Shown: piece after piece, positions 25,697 through 35,054 of the stretch
Layout of the letters: each line of letters starts with the position of its first letter
How positions within the stretch are numbered: the first letter of the stretch is position 1
Position numbers and translations under genes: made by a program
The notes under the pieces: model-generated
Databases searched by the model: none
Seen by the model: the letters and a program-made list of their open reading frames with translations, nothing else
What the model was told of the DNA's origin: nothing
From: Candidatus Limnocylindrales bacterium
Lineage (GTDB): Bacteria; Chloroflexota; Limnocylindria; Limnocylindrales; CSP1-4
DNA length: 60,214 nucleotides
Direction of reading: 5' to 3'
Assembly (NCBI GenBank): GCA_025450915.1
Contig: JANWLH010000018.1
Coordinates: forward strand, 1-60,214

Positions 25697-28021
25697 TCAG
25701 CGGCCGCTCCGGTTGCGCCGCCGGGCACGCCGCTCCGAGCGCCGGAAGATCAAGCCAAGCAGGACCACCCGGAGGTGGCGCTGCGCACGGCGCAGGGCGT
25801 CGATCCGGTCATCCTCGAGGATCCGCCGGCCGTAGGCGACCTCCACCTTGGCGACGGCCACGGTGTGGAGGTCGGGCCGCGCCGAGGGCAGGATGTCGCT
25901 CAGCCCACCGGCATACTCGTAGACGGTCTGGTTGGGACGCGGGCCGAAGCCGAAGCGCCGGGCGAGCCCGACGACGCTGCCATAGACCCGATCGGGCTCC
26001 TGCGCCTTGCGCGGTCCGCGCTGCCAGGCAACCAGCACGAGAGCCGCCATGATCGCGAGGAGGAGCAGGCCGACCACGACGAAGCCGCCGGAGCCGGTCC
26101 CGGGCGTGTTCGTTGAGCCGACATCGGAGACCTGGCCGACCGGCGGCCGGATCGTTCGCCTGGGGTCATCGTTGAGGTTGCTGCTCGCCGGGACGGGGCT
26201 GGCCGTCGGCCGGGGCGTGACCTTTGGACCCGCCGGCAGGGCCTCGACCTGGCCGACGCCACCGGTCGGGTCGAACGTGATCCAGCCGTAGCCCGGGAAG
26301 TACACCTCGACCCAGGCGTGGGCAGCACTGCGCGGGATCATCTCGACGCCGTTGGCATCGGGCGTGCTGGGCAGGAAGCCCTCGGCCATCCGGGCGGGGA
26401 TGCCTTCCATCCGCAGGAGGACGACCATCGTGCTCGCGTAGTACTCGCAATAGCCGACCTTCGACTTGGCGAAGCACTCGACGACTCCGTCCGTGCCGCA
26501 ATCGACGCCCTGGACATTGGCCTCGTACCGGAAGCCACCCTCGGTCTTGAGGTACGACTCGACAGCCCGGCTGATCGTGTACGGATCCTTGGCCTCGGGA
26601 TGCGCAGCGAGGATCGCCGCCAGGAGCCTGCGCGTCGCAGGGCCGGCCGCGACGGTCCGGTCGAGCTGCAGGTAGTAGGCCAGGACCGCGGCGGGATAGT
26701 CCGTCCCGGCGACACTCAGCTGGTTGCCGGTCAGGCCGTGGGCCGGATCGGTCCCGAAGTCGATCGGGACCTCGGCGGTGACCGTGTAGTCGTCAGCGGT
26801 CGACTTGGTGATCGAGCCGACGAACGCATTCGGCGTGCTGCCGAGGAGGGCGATGCTCGTGTCCTCGGAGACCTTGACCGGTGCGTCCGGGGCGAACACG
26901 TTGGGCGGGTCCTGGCCGAGGTCGTGGACCGTGAACGTCAGTGCCCGGCGGGCCGCATCGCTGCCCGGATCATCAAGCGTGCCGGCCAGCAGCGGATCGC
27001 CCGCCGCGACCGAGGTCGACTTGGGCGTCGTGATGCTCCAGTTCTGGCCGTCGAAGTGATCGTAGGCAACGGCCCGCCAGTGATACTGGCCGGCGTCGGG
27101 CACCTTGATCGCGAGGACCGGCGTGCTGTCGGTGGTCCACACGCCGGTGATCGGGGTGGACGGCAGGAAGTCGACGGGCGAGATCCGGGTTCCGGGACCG
27201 CCGCCCCGGAAGACGGCCTCGAGGCCGTGGGTCAGCTGGACGATCTGCTGGTCGAAGCCCCGGCCGAGGCCGTTGAGCGGCGCGGACGAGGCCGTCGAGG
27301 TCAGGACGAGGGCACCGAACACCGCCACCCCGATGAACAGGCTGCCGGCTCGCAGGTAGGTCCCCGAGAGGGAGCCCGCGTCGCCCAGCCGATGCCGCAG
27401 CCAGGTCGCGCGCTCGTCGAGGGCGTGCAGCCGGGTCAGCAGGAACAGGGCCGCCAGGCTGAACCAGATCAGGATCCCGAGCTGTTCATCGCGGGTGATG
27501 CTCATGTCGAGCACCAGGGCCAGGCCCGAGACGATCACTGCGTTGAACGGACGGTGGTGGTGGAAGACCGCATACGCGGTGAACTGGCCGGTCCCCCAGC
27601 ACAGGATCCCGAGGACCAGCATGAAATGGCCGTACTGCTCCGTGAAGGCCAGGCCGCGGAACGCCAGGTCGAGGTAGGCGTCGATCGTCGACGACGCGGT
27701 CGCGACGAACGCCGGTCCCGGCGTGAAGTCCCCGTTGAGCAGGACCCCGCCGACCGCGATCGGCAGGAGGAGCGCGGCAAAGACGGCCCCGAGCAGGTGG
27801 GCGAGCCAGCGCGACCAGCCGGCCTTGGCCGAGATGAAGCCCCAGGCCACTCCGCCGACCGACGCGTACGGCAGGAACGAAGTCAGGACGGGCTTGCCGA
27901 GGACCCACCGGGCGCTGTTGAGCGACCACGCCAGGCAGACGGCCATGACCACGACGAGCGCAACGGTCAGCCAGCCTTCGACCGGCGCGAGCGGGATCCG
28001 GGCCGGTCGCCTGATCGTCAT
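25697..28021 (-). CDS. Transglutaminase-domain membrane protein (TgpA-like: N-terminal multi-TM region, transglutaminase core, C-terminal TM and DUF4129-like tail)
   Basis: The catalytic core is GYCEYYASTMVVLLR...HAWVEVYFPGYGWITFDPT. ATG 28021 overlaps the DUF58 stop (ATGA). Confidence 0.9.
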   Translation of the reverse strand: MTIRRPARIPLAPVEGWLTVALVVVMAVCLAWSLNSARWVLGKPVLTSFLPYASVGGVAWGFISAKAGWSRWLAHLLGAVFAALLLPIAVGGVLLNGDFTPGPAFVATASSTIDAYLDLAFRGLAFTEQYGHFMLVLGILCWGTGQFTAYAVFHHHRPFNAVIVSGLALVLDMSITRDEQLGILIWFSLAALFLLTRLHALDERATWLRHRLGDAGSLSGTYLRAGSLFIGVAVFGALVLTSTASSAPLNGLGRGFDQQIVQLTHGLEAVFRGGGPGTRISPVDFLPSTPITGVWTTDSTPVLAIKVPDAGQYHWRAVAYDHFDGQNWSITTPKSTSVAAGDPLLAGTLDDPGSDAARRALTFTVHDLGQDPPNVFAPDAPVKVSEDTSIALLGSTPNAFVGSITKSTADDYTVTAEVPIDFGTDPAHGLTGNQLSVAGTDYPAAVLAYYLQLDRTVAAGPATRRLLAAILAAHPEAKDPYTISRAVESYLKTEGGFRYEANVQGVDCGTDGVVECFAKSKVGYCEYYASTMVVLLRMEGIPARMAEGFLPSTPDANGVEMIPRSAAHAWVEVYFPGYGWITFDPTGGVGQVEALPAGPKVTPRPTASPVPASSNLNDDPRRTIRPPVGQVSDVGSTNTPGTGSGGFVVVGLLLLAIMAALVLVAWQRGPRKAQEPDRVYGSVVGLARRFGFGPRPNQTVYEYAGGLSDILPSARPDLHTVAVAKVEVAYGRRILEDDRIDALRRAQRHLRVVLLGLIFRRSERRARRRNRSGR

Positions 28022-29223
28022 CGGGAGCTCCTGGCGAGCTGCGCGCCGAGCGTCCGGTCGGGGGTCACAGGAAAGTTGAGGAGCTCGTACTCGGCCAGCG
28101 TGTGGCCCAGGGCCCGGGCCTGCAGCGCGGCGTCGGAGCCGGGCTCCAGCGATCCGGAGCGGACGGTCACGACGACGGCGGCGATCCCGCGGCCGCGCAG
28201 GCTGGCGAGCGGGCGGACCCAGGCCCGGTCGAACGACGGCGTGATGACCACCGCGGTCATCCCCCGGCGCAGCCGGGGCAGGCTGGCAAGGAGGCCCTCG
28301 ACGAGCGGTGTCGCGCCGTCACCCTCAACGGCGGCCAGGAGCTGCATCACCTTGAGGTACTGCCGCCCACCGCGATCGGCGGGCAGGACGGACATCCGGT
28401 GGCCGTAGGCAGTCAGCCCGACGGCCCGGTTCTCGCCGAGCGACTTGTCGGCGATCGAGGCCGCCACGCGGACGCCGACCTCGACGCTCGACGCCGCGCC
28501 CGAGCCTTCCTGGACCCTGCTCTCGAGATCGAGGAAGAGCCACACGTCGGCGGTCTGCTCGAGGTCGAACTCCTTGACCTGGATCTCGCCCTGGCGGGCC
28601 GTGGACTTCCAGTGGATCCGGTTGAAGCCGTCGCCCGGGGCGTACGGTCGGACGCTCGTCGCGAGCGGGCTCGTCTGGATCGTCCGCTCGGGGGCCGCGT
28701 GGCTGCCCTCGATGTTGGCCGACGGCAGCCGCCACAGTGGCAGCGGGTCGACCCGCGGATAGACGACGAGGGTGATCGGCTGGCCGACGACGGCCGACGC
28801 CTCGAAGAAGCCGAACGGGTCGCCCGTCCGGACCTGGAGCGGCTCGATCCGGAAGTGGCCGCGGCGGGTCAGCGGAACGCGGGCGATCCACGAGCGCTCG
28901 GCCCGCGAGCCGATGCCGATCGCCCGGCCGGGGATTGCGACCGGCAGGCTGGTCGGGTTGTGGACCTCGAGCCAGGGCTTGGGCATCCGGCCGGCATTGC
29001 GCAGCGTGTAGGTCACCTTGAGCTGCTCGCCGACATGGCCGGTCACCTGGCCGACGGCATAGCCGGCCTCGAGGTCGGTCAGGCCGAGGCGGGTCAGGAC
29101 GTAGCTCCCGCCAATGACCAGGATCCCCAGGTACAGCAGGTAGAAGAGGAAGGGCAACCCGGATGAGAACGCGGACAGGACCAGGACGATCGCCAGCGCG
29201 ATGATCGGCAGCCGGCGAAGCAT
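28018..29223 (-). CDS. DUF58 domain protein
   Basis: VRPYAPGDGFNRIHWKSTARQGEIQVKEFD signature. Sits between the MoxR and transglutaminase genes. Confidence 0.9.
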   Translation of the reverse strand: MLRRLPIIALAIVLVLSAFSSGLPFLFYLLYLGILVIGGSYVLTRLGLTDLEAGYAVGQVTGHVGEQLKVTYTLRNAGRMPKPWLEVHNPTSLPVAIPGRAIGIGSRAERSWIARVPLTRRGHFRIEPLQVRTGDPFGFFEASAVVGQPITLVVYPRVDPLPLWRLPSANIEGSHAAPERTIQTSPLATSVRPYAPGDGFNRIHWKSTARQGEIQVKEFDLEQTADVWLFLDLESRVQEGSGAASSVEVGVRVAASIADKSLGENRAVGLTAYGHRMSVLPADRGGRQYLKVMQLLAAVEGDGATPLVEGLLASLPRLRRGMTAVVITPSFDRAWVRPLASLRGRGIAAVVVTVRSGSLEPGSDAALQARALGHTLAEYELLNFPVTPDRTLGAQLARSSR

Positions 29224-29236
29224 GGGCTGCGCGACC

Positions 29237-30247
29237 TCAGCGAATCACGCGCTCGGCGGGATCGTCCCGGGACCCGGCCGGGATCTCGCGCGGGCCGTTC
29301 AGGGTGGCCGACGGCGGCCCGACGGGCAGCGTGTCGAGCAGCTCCCTGACGATCTGGGCAGGCAGGACGTCGTGGATCGTGGCACTCGTCTTGATGATCA
29401 GCCGGTGGGCGAGGCAGGGCTCCGCGAGCGCCTTGACGTCATCGGGAATCACGTAGTCGCGGCCCATCAGGCCGGCATAGGCCTGGCTCGCCCGGTAGAG
29501 GGCGATCGAGCCGCGCGGCGAGGCGCCCAGATAGACATCGGCGTGGTTGCGGGTGCCATTGACCAGCCGGACGATGTACTCGCTGACCGAGTTGTCGACG
29601 TACACCTCGCGGACGGCGGCCTGCATCTCCTTGAGCTCGTCGTTCGAGCAGACGACCTCGAGGTCGTCCAGCGGGTGGGTCTGCTTCTGCTCGTCGAGGA
29701 TCACGACCTCCTCGACCGGCTGCGGGTAGCCCAGCCGGAGGCGAAGCATGAACCGGTCGAGCTGGGCCTCGGGCAGTGCGAACGTGCCCTCGTACTCGAT
29801 CGGGTTCTGAGTGGCGATGACCAGGAACGGGTCGGGCATCTGGTAGGTCGTCCCGTCGATGGTCGCCTGGCGCTCCTCCATGCATTCGAGCAGGCTCGAC
29901 TGGGTCTTGGGCGTCGCCCGGTTGATCTCGTCGGCGAGGACCACCTGGGCCATGATCGGGCCCGGCCGGAACTCGAACTCCTGGGTCTTCTGGTTGTAGA
30001 TCGACAGCCCGGTCACGTCGGACGGCAGGAGGTCCGGCGTGAACTGGATCCTGCGGAACGAGCAGCCGAGGCTGCGGGCAAGGGCCTTGGCCAGCATGGT
30101 CTTGCCGGTGCCGGGCACGTCCTCGATCAGCAGATGGCCGCGGCACATCAGCGCGACGAGGGCGAGGCGCACCTCGTGGTGCTTGCCCACGATCACGCGC
30201 TCGACATTGGCCACGACCTTCTCGCCGGTCGCCTGGATCTGCGTCAT
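29237..30247 (-). CDS. MoxR-family AAA+ ATPase
   Basis: [11 protein letters not shown] Walker [10 protein letters not shown] Walker B and VIATQNP sensor. A GAGGGAG Shine-Dalgarno sequence precedes ATG 30247. Confidence 0.95.
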   Translation of the reverse strand: MTQIQATGEKVVANVERVIVGKHHEVRLALVALMCRGHLLIEDVPGTGKTMLAKALARSLGCSFRRIQFTPDLLPSDVTGLSIYNQKTQEFEFRPGPIMAQVVLADEINRATPKTQSSLLECMEERQATIDGTTYQMPDPFLVIATQNPIEYEGTFALPEAQLDRFMLRLRLGYPQPVEEVVILDEQKQTHPLDDLEVVCSNDELKEMQAAVREVYVDNSVSEYIVRLVNGTRNHADVYLGASPRGSIALYRASQAYAGLMGRDYVIPDDVKALAEPCLAHRLIIKTSATIHDVLPAQIVRELLDTLPVGPPSATLNGPREIPAGSRDDPAERVIR

Positions 30248-30422
30248 CGGGCTCCCTCGGTGACGGGTGCCGGTCGATTCGAGGCCGGCGGGGTTGGACC
30301 GGCGGGGACCGGCGGGTTTGAGAGTGTCGGGAGATCGTACGCCAGGGACGCGCCTCCGGTTCCATACGTGACGGACTTCACGGAATCAGCACGAGATCCG
30401 GGGACGGCCCACGATAGACCAG

Positions 30423-33167
30423 ATGAGCGCTCGATCCAAGGACCGGCCCCGGTCCGAATCCGACCCGGAGCGGCGCCGGCTGGCCGAGCGCGACGCCGGC
30501 AAGGTCCACTGGGAGCGCTGGGGCCCGTACCTCTCGGGCCGCGAATGGGGCACGGTCCGCGAGGACTACTCGGCGGACGGTCAGCCCTGGACGTACCTGA
30601 CCCACGATCAGGCCCGCTCGCGGGCCTATCGCTGGGGCGAGGACGGCCTGCTGGGCATCAGCGACGACCACGGCCGGCTGTGCTTCGGCGTGACGCTCTG
30701 GAACGAGCACGATCCGATCCTCAAGGAGCGACCCTTCGGGCTGTCCGGACCAGAAGGCAATCACGGAGAAGACGTCAAGGAGCTGTACTGGTTCCTCGAC
30801 GCCACCCCCACCCACAGCTACCTCAAGGCGGCCTACGCCTATCCCCAGGCTGCCTTTCCGTATGCCGACCTCGTGGCCGAGAATGCCCGCCGGACGCGGG
30901 CCGATCCGGAGTACGAGCTGGTCGACACCGGGATCTTCGCGGATGGCCGCTGGTTCGATGTCGTCGTCGAGTACGCCAAGGCGGGGCCCGATGACCTCCT
31001 GATCCGGGTGTCGGTCACGAACAAGGGCCCCGCGCCTGCGCCGATCCGCCTGCTGCCGACGCTCTGGTTCCGCAACAGCTGGTCGTGGGGACGAGCCGAG
31101 GAACGGCCGCGCCTGGAGCCCGGGACGGTCGACGCCGGCCCTGCCCGGTCGACGATCGTCGGTGAGGACGGCCGGCTGGGCGCGATCCGGCTCGACATCG
31201 ACGCGGCAGCCGAGCTCCTCTTCACCGAGAACGAATCGAATGCCGAGCGCCTGTGGGGCGTCGCGAATGGCGGACCGTACGTCAAGGACGCGTTCCATCG
31301 TGCCGTCATCGGTGGTGAGGCCGGAGCCGTCAATCCGCAGCGTTTCGGCTCGAAGGCCGCGGGCCACCAGCGCCTCGTCATCGCGGCCGGGGGGACGGAG
31401 ACCCTGCGCCTCCGGCTGCGCCTGGGCTCCGCGACGGATAGCGCCACGGCTTCCGATCCATTTGCCGGCTTCGAGGCCACGTTCGCCGCCCGGATCGCCG
31501 AGGCGGACGCCTTCTATGACGAGATCGGGGGCGACGCCCTGAGCGCCGACGAGCGGCTCGTCCAGCGCCAGGCCTTCGCCGGCCTGATCTGGTGCAAGCA
31601 GTTCTATCACTTCGACGTCAACGAATGGCTCGACGGCGACCCGGCCGATCCCCCGCCGGCGTCGCGCCGGGTCGGCCGCAATGCCGATTGGCGGGAGTTC
31701 AACTCGAAGGACATCCTGTCGATGCCCGACAACTGGGAGTACCCGTGGTTCGCAGCCTGGGACCTGGCCTTCCACTGCGTCGCCCTGGCGGTCATCGACC
31801 CGGCCTTCGCCAAGGCCCAGCTCCTCCTGCTGACCCGTGAGTGGTTCATGCACCCAAACGGCCAGCTGCCGGCCTACGAGTGGCGCTTCGGCGACGTCAA
31901 CCCACCGGTTCACGCCTGGGCCGCGTGGCGGGTCTACCAGATCGAACGGCGCCAGACGGGCAAGGGCGATGTCCACTTCCTCGAGCGGGTCTTCCACAAG
32001 CTCCTCCTGAACTTCACCTGGTGGGTGAACCGCAAGGACCTCGACGGCGCCAACGTCTTCCAGGGCGGGTTCCTGGGCCTCGACAACATCGGCCTCTTCG
32101 ATCGCGACGCGCCGCTGCCCGGCGGCGCCCATCTCGGCCAGGCGGATGGGACCGCCTGGATGGGAATGTTCTGCCTCAACATGCTCGCGATCGCCCTCGA
32201 GCTGGCCCAGGACGACCAGGTCTACGAAGACATCGCGACCAAGTTCTTCGAGCATTTCCTGTACATCGCGGGTGCCCTCAACAACCTCGGCGGCAGCGGG
32301 ATCTCGCTGTGGAACGAGGAGGACGGCTTCTACTACGACGCGATCCACTTCGACTCGGGCGACGTCGTGCCCCTCCGGATCCGCTCGATGGTCGGGCTCA
32401 TTCCCGTCCTTGCCGTCCACGTCCTCGAGCCGGGAGTCATCGCGGCACTGCCCGACTTCCGGCGGCGGATGCGCTGGTTCCTGACCAACCGGCCGGAGCT
32501 CGCTCGACACGTCGCGAGCTGGACCGAGCCGGGCGTCGGCGAGCGCCGGCTGCTCTCGCTCGTCCACGGCGACCGCCTGCGCCGGATCACGAAGCGGCTC
32601 GTCGATCCCGACGAGTTCCTGAGCCCGCACGGGATCCGCTCGCTCAGTCGCGAGCACCTCGCCGCGCCGGTCAGCCTGACCCTGCCCGGCGGCCAGGAGT
32701 ACATGATCGGCTACGAACCGGCCGAGTCCCAGTCAGGGCTCTTCGGGGGCAACTCGAACTGGCGAGGGCCTGTCTGGTTCCCGATCAACTACCTGTTGAT
32801 CGAGGCCTATCTCACCTTCCACCACTATCACGGCGGGAGCCTGACGGTCGAGATGCCCTACCGCTCCGGGCAGCATCGCGAGCTGGACGATCTCGCCTGG
32901 GACCTCTCCGATCGGCTGGTCAGCCTGTTCGTCCGCGATGCCGCCGGCCAGCGGGCCGTCCTCGGCTCGGGCTCCAGGCTCCAGCCCGACCCGGCGTGGG
33001 CCGACCGGGTGCCGTTCTACGAGTACTTTGATGGCGACAACGGGCGAGGCGTCGGGGCCAGCCACCAGACCGGCTGGACGGCGCTCGTCGCCAAGCTCCT
33101 CGAGCAGACCGCCCGGCGCAGGCGGTCCGAGGCGGGCGCCGTCCGCAGCGACGATCCGGATCCCTGA
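30423..33167 (+). CDS. GH63-type glucosidase (MGH1-like glycoside hydrolase)
   Basis: A 914-aa protein with the N-terminal WERWGPYLSGREWGTVREDYS pattern and an (alpha/alpha)6-type C-terminal half (WEYPWFAAWDLAFH, FQGGFLGLDNIG), typical of bacterial GH63 proteins annotated as glucosidase. Confidence 0.8.
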   Translation: MSARSKDRPRSESDPERRRLAERDAGKVHWERWGPYLSGREWGTVREDYSADGQPWTYLTHDQARSRAYRWGEDGLLGISDDHGRLCFGVTLWNEHDPILKERPFGLSGPEGNHGEDVKELYWFLDATPTHSYLKAAYAYPQAAFPYADLVAENARRTRADPEYELVDTGIFADGRWFDVVVEYAKAGPDDLLIRVSVTNKGPAPAPIRLLPTLWFRNSWSWGRAEERPRLEPGTVDAGPARSTIVGEDGRLGAIRLDIDAAAELLFTENESNAERLWGVANGGPYVKDAFHRAVIGGEAGAVNPQRFGSKAAGHQRLVIAAGGTETLRLRLRLGSATDSATASDPFAGFEATFAARIAEADAFYDEIGGDALSADERLVQRQAFAGLIWCKQFYHFDVNEWLDGDPADPPPASRRVGRNADWREFNSKDILSMPDNWEYPWFAAWDLAFHCVALAVIDPAFAKAQLLLLTREWFMHPNGQLPAYEWRFGDVNPPVHAWAAWRVYQIERRQTGKGDVHFLERVFHKLLLNFTWWVNRKDLDGANVFQGGFLGLDNIGLFDRDAPLPGGAHLGQADGTAWMGMFCLNMLAIALELAQDDQVYEDIATKFFEHFLYIAGALNNLGGSGISLWNEEDGFYYDAIHFDSGDVVPLRIRSMVGLIPVLAVHVLEPGVIAALPDFRRRMRWFLTNRPELARHVASWTEPGVGERRLLSLVHGDRLRRITKRLVDPDEFLSPHGIRSLSREHLAAPVSLTLPGGQEYMIGYEPAESQSGLFGGNSNWRGPVWFPINYLLIEAYLTFHHYHGGSLTVEMPYRSGQHRELDDLAWDLSDRLVSLFVRDAAGQRAVLGSGSRLQPDPAWADRVPFYEYFDGDNGRGVGASHQTGWTALVAKLLEQTARRRRSEAGAVRSDDPDP

Positions 33168-33318
33168 ACGGGGCCGGCCGGACGCCACAGCTCCGGAGTG
33201 ACTGCCCCGTGACCATTGCCAGACGTTGCGCGCCGTCCGCGATCGGGATTGCATCGAGGGTCATCGTCCGGCCGCCTGATGAGCGGGCCGTTGGCCGAGG
33301 TGATCGGGGCGTTAACAG

Positions 33319-33336
33319 CGTCCCCGCCCGGGGACG
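33319..33336. terminator. GC-rich hairpin cgtcccc-gccc-ggggacg between convergent genes (possible bidirectional terminator, no U-tract)
   Basis: A 7-bp perfect stem lying between the GH63 stop (33167) and the small minus-strand ORF stop (33341). Confidence 0.25.
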
Positions 33337-33340
33337 GCCC

Positions 33341-33535
33341 TCAGCCGCGGATCAGGGTCAGGCCACCGACCCACAGGGTCATCGCGCAGCCGATCGCGCC
33401 CATCACCGCCAGGAACAGCTCACCACCGATGAACGCCGCGACGGCCATCCCGCCGAACAGCCCGCCCAGGACCAGCGCGATAACGGCCAGCCCGAGGCGC
33501 TCGAGAATCGGTCGCTTGACCCGTGGATCGGTCAT
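33341..33535 (-). CDS. Hypothetical small membrane protein (2 TM segments, 64 aa)
   Basis: Two Gly/Ala-rich hydrophobic helices. Located just downstream of pbpA on the same strand. Coding status is uncertain. Confidence 0.45.
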   Translation of the reverse strand: MTDPRVKRPILERLGLAVIALVLGGLFGGMAVAAFIGGELFLAVMGAIGCAMTLWVGGLTLIRG

Positions 33536-33560
33536 GGCTCCAAGGTATTGAGTTCGAAGA

Positions 33561-35054
33561 TCATGGGTTGAGCGTCTTGAGCCAGAGGCCCATCAGCGAG
33601 CCGGCGATCGGGGCGGCCCGGGCGGACCCATGGCCGCCCTGCTCGACGACGACGGCGATCGCCACCTGCGGGTTGTTGGCCGGGGCGTAGCCGATGAACC
33701 AGGAGTTCGGCTCGGCGCTCCCGCCGATCTGGGCCGTGCCGGTCTTGCCCGCCGTGTCGATTCCCGGAATCGCCGCCCCGGTCGTGAAGATCCGGCCCCA
33801 GCTGCTCTCGACCGCCAGCTCCATGGCGTGGCCGATCGTGCCTGCCACGCCGGGTGACATCGCGCTGCCCAGCGTCTCGGGGCCGATCGACACGTTGCCC
33901 GTTTGCCCCGAGATCGAGGTCACGAGCTCCGGCCGCATGAGGACGCCACCGTTGGCCACGGCCGAAGCGACGAGGGCCATCTGGAGCGGTGTCACGAGCG
34001 TCTCGGCCTGGCCGTAGGCCGCGTTGGCCAGCTCGACGTCATCCTTGAAGCCGCCCCCGAATGAGCCTCCGCCGTTGGTCACCTGGCTGACCGCCGTCGG
34101 CAGGTCGAACGGGATCGGCTTCCCAAAGCCAAACCGGGCCGCCGATGCCGCCAGGGCGGCTCCACCGGTGCGCAGGCCGGTGAGCGCGAAATAGATGTTG
34201 CACGAGACCTCGATCGCCTGGTCGTAGTCCAGGGCGAGCGAGCCGCTGAAGTCGTGGTGGCCGTCGTGGATCCGGAAGCCCGACACGAGCAGCCCGGCGG
34301 TCTCCGCGGCAGGCTGCTGGGGATACGTGGTCGATGGGCTGATCGCGCCTGAGCCGAGCGCCGCCGCCGAGGTGACGATCTTGAAGATCGAGCCGGGCAC
34401 GTACTCGCCCATCGTCGCCCGGTCCAGGAACGGCTGGCCGGCTACGGCCGCCGTTCGGGTGAAGGCCGCGACGGCGGTCGTCGGGTCGGCGATCGCATTC
34501 GCGTTGAACGTCGGGGTGGAGGCCATCGCCAGGACCCGGCCGGTGCGCGGATCGAGCATGACGACGGCCCCGCGGTCGGAGCCCAGCGCCTTGACGGCCG
34601 CCTCCTGGAGCTTCAGCGACAGGCTCAGCGTCAGGCTCTCGCCCTGGGTTGCACCCGGGGCGAGCTTCGAGAGCAGGTCGTCGAGCGAGTTCGGGCTGCC
34701 CTGGCCACTCAGCTCTGCGTTGTAGGCACGCTCCAGGCCCGCCGTCCCGTAGACGGGCGAGGCATAGCCGATGAGCGGCGCCAGCGAGCGGTCGGCATAG
34801 ACCCGGTAGGGCTCGCCGTTGGCGTCGCGCTTGCTCGTCGCCAGGGTCGCACCGGTCCGGTCGAGGATCTTGCCCCGGACGACGTCGCGCGCGGCGGCGA
34901 TGACAATTGGGTTGTCGGGTGCCCGGGTGAGCTCGGACGCGCGGATGACCTGCCAGTAGCCGGCGCCCACGGCGATCAGGCCGAAGAGGAGGCTCAGGAT
35001 CAGGCCGACCCGGGCGATCCCCTGCCCCAGCGGCGCCCGGTCGCGAGCGTTCAC
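33561..35054 (-). CDS. pbpA: Penicillin-binding protein 2 / PbpA-type D,D-transpeptidase
   Basis: An N-terminal TM segment, SIFK (SxxK), and KTGTA near the C-terminus. GTG 35054 overlaps the rodA stop (GTGA). Confidence 0.9.
   Translation of the reverse strand: MNARDRAPLGQGIARVGLILSLLFGLIAVGAGYWQVIRASELTRAPDNPIVIAAARDVVRGKILDRTGATLATSKRDANGEPYRVYADRSLAPLIGYASPVYGTAGLERAYNAELSGQGSPNSLDDLLSKLAPGATQGESLTLSLSLKLQEAAVKALGSDRGAVVMLDPRTGRVLAMASTPTFNANAIADPTTAVAAFTRTAAVAGQPFLDRATMGEYVPGSIFKIVTSAAALGSGAISPSTTYPQQPAAETAGLLVSGFRIHDGHHDFSGSLALDYDQAIEVSCNIYFALTGLRTGGAALAASAARFGFGKPIPFDLPTAVSQVTNGGGSFGGGFKDDVELANAAYGQAETLVTPLQMALVASAVANGGVLMRPELVTSISGQTGNVSIGPETLGSAMSPGVAGTIGHAMELAVESSWGRIFTTGAAIPGIDTAGKTGTAQIGGSAEPNSWFIGYAPANNPQVAIAVVVEQGGHGSARAAPIAGSLMGLWLKTLNP

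Noticed and set aside
30378-32657. A very long antisense ORF (759 aa) opposite the GH63 gene. Similar long antisense or off-frame ORFs occur at 51675..54239, 56147..58717, 18579..20552, 20198..22165, 21693..23207 and 55138..56328.
   Set aside because: The translations are Arg/Pro/Gly/Asp-rich with no recognisable motifs. They lie opposite or out of frame to genes with strong family signatures. Stop-free alternative frames are expected at this GC content.
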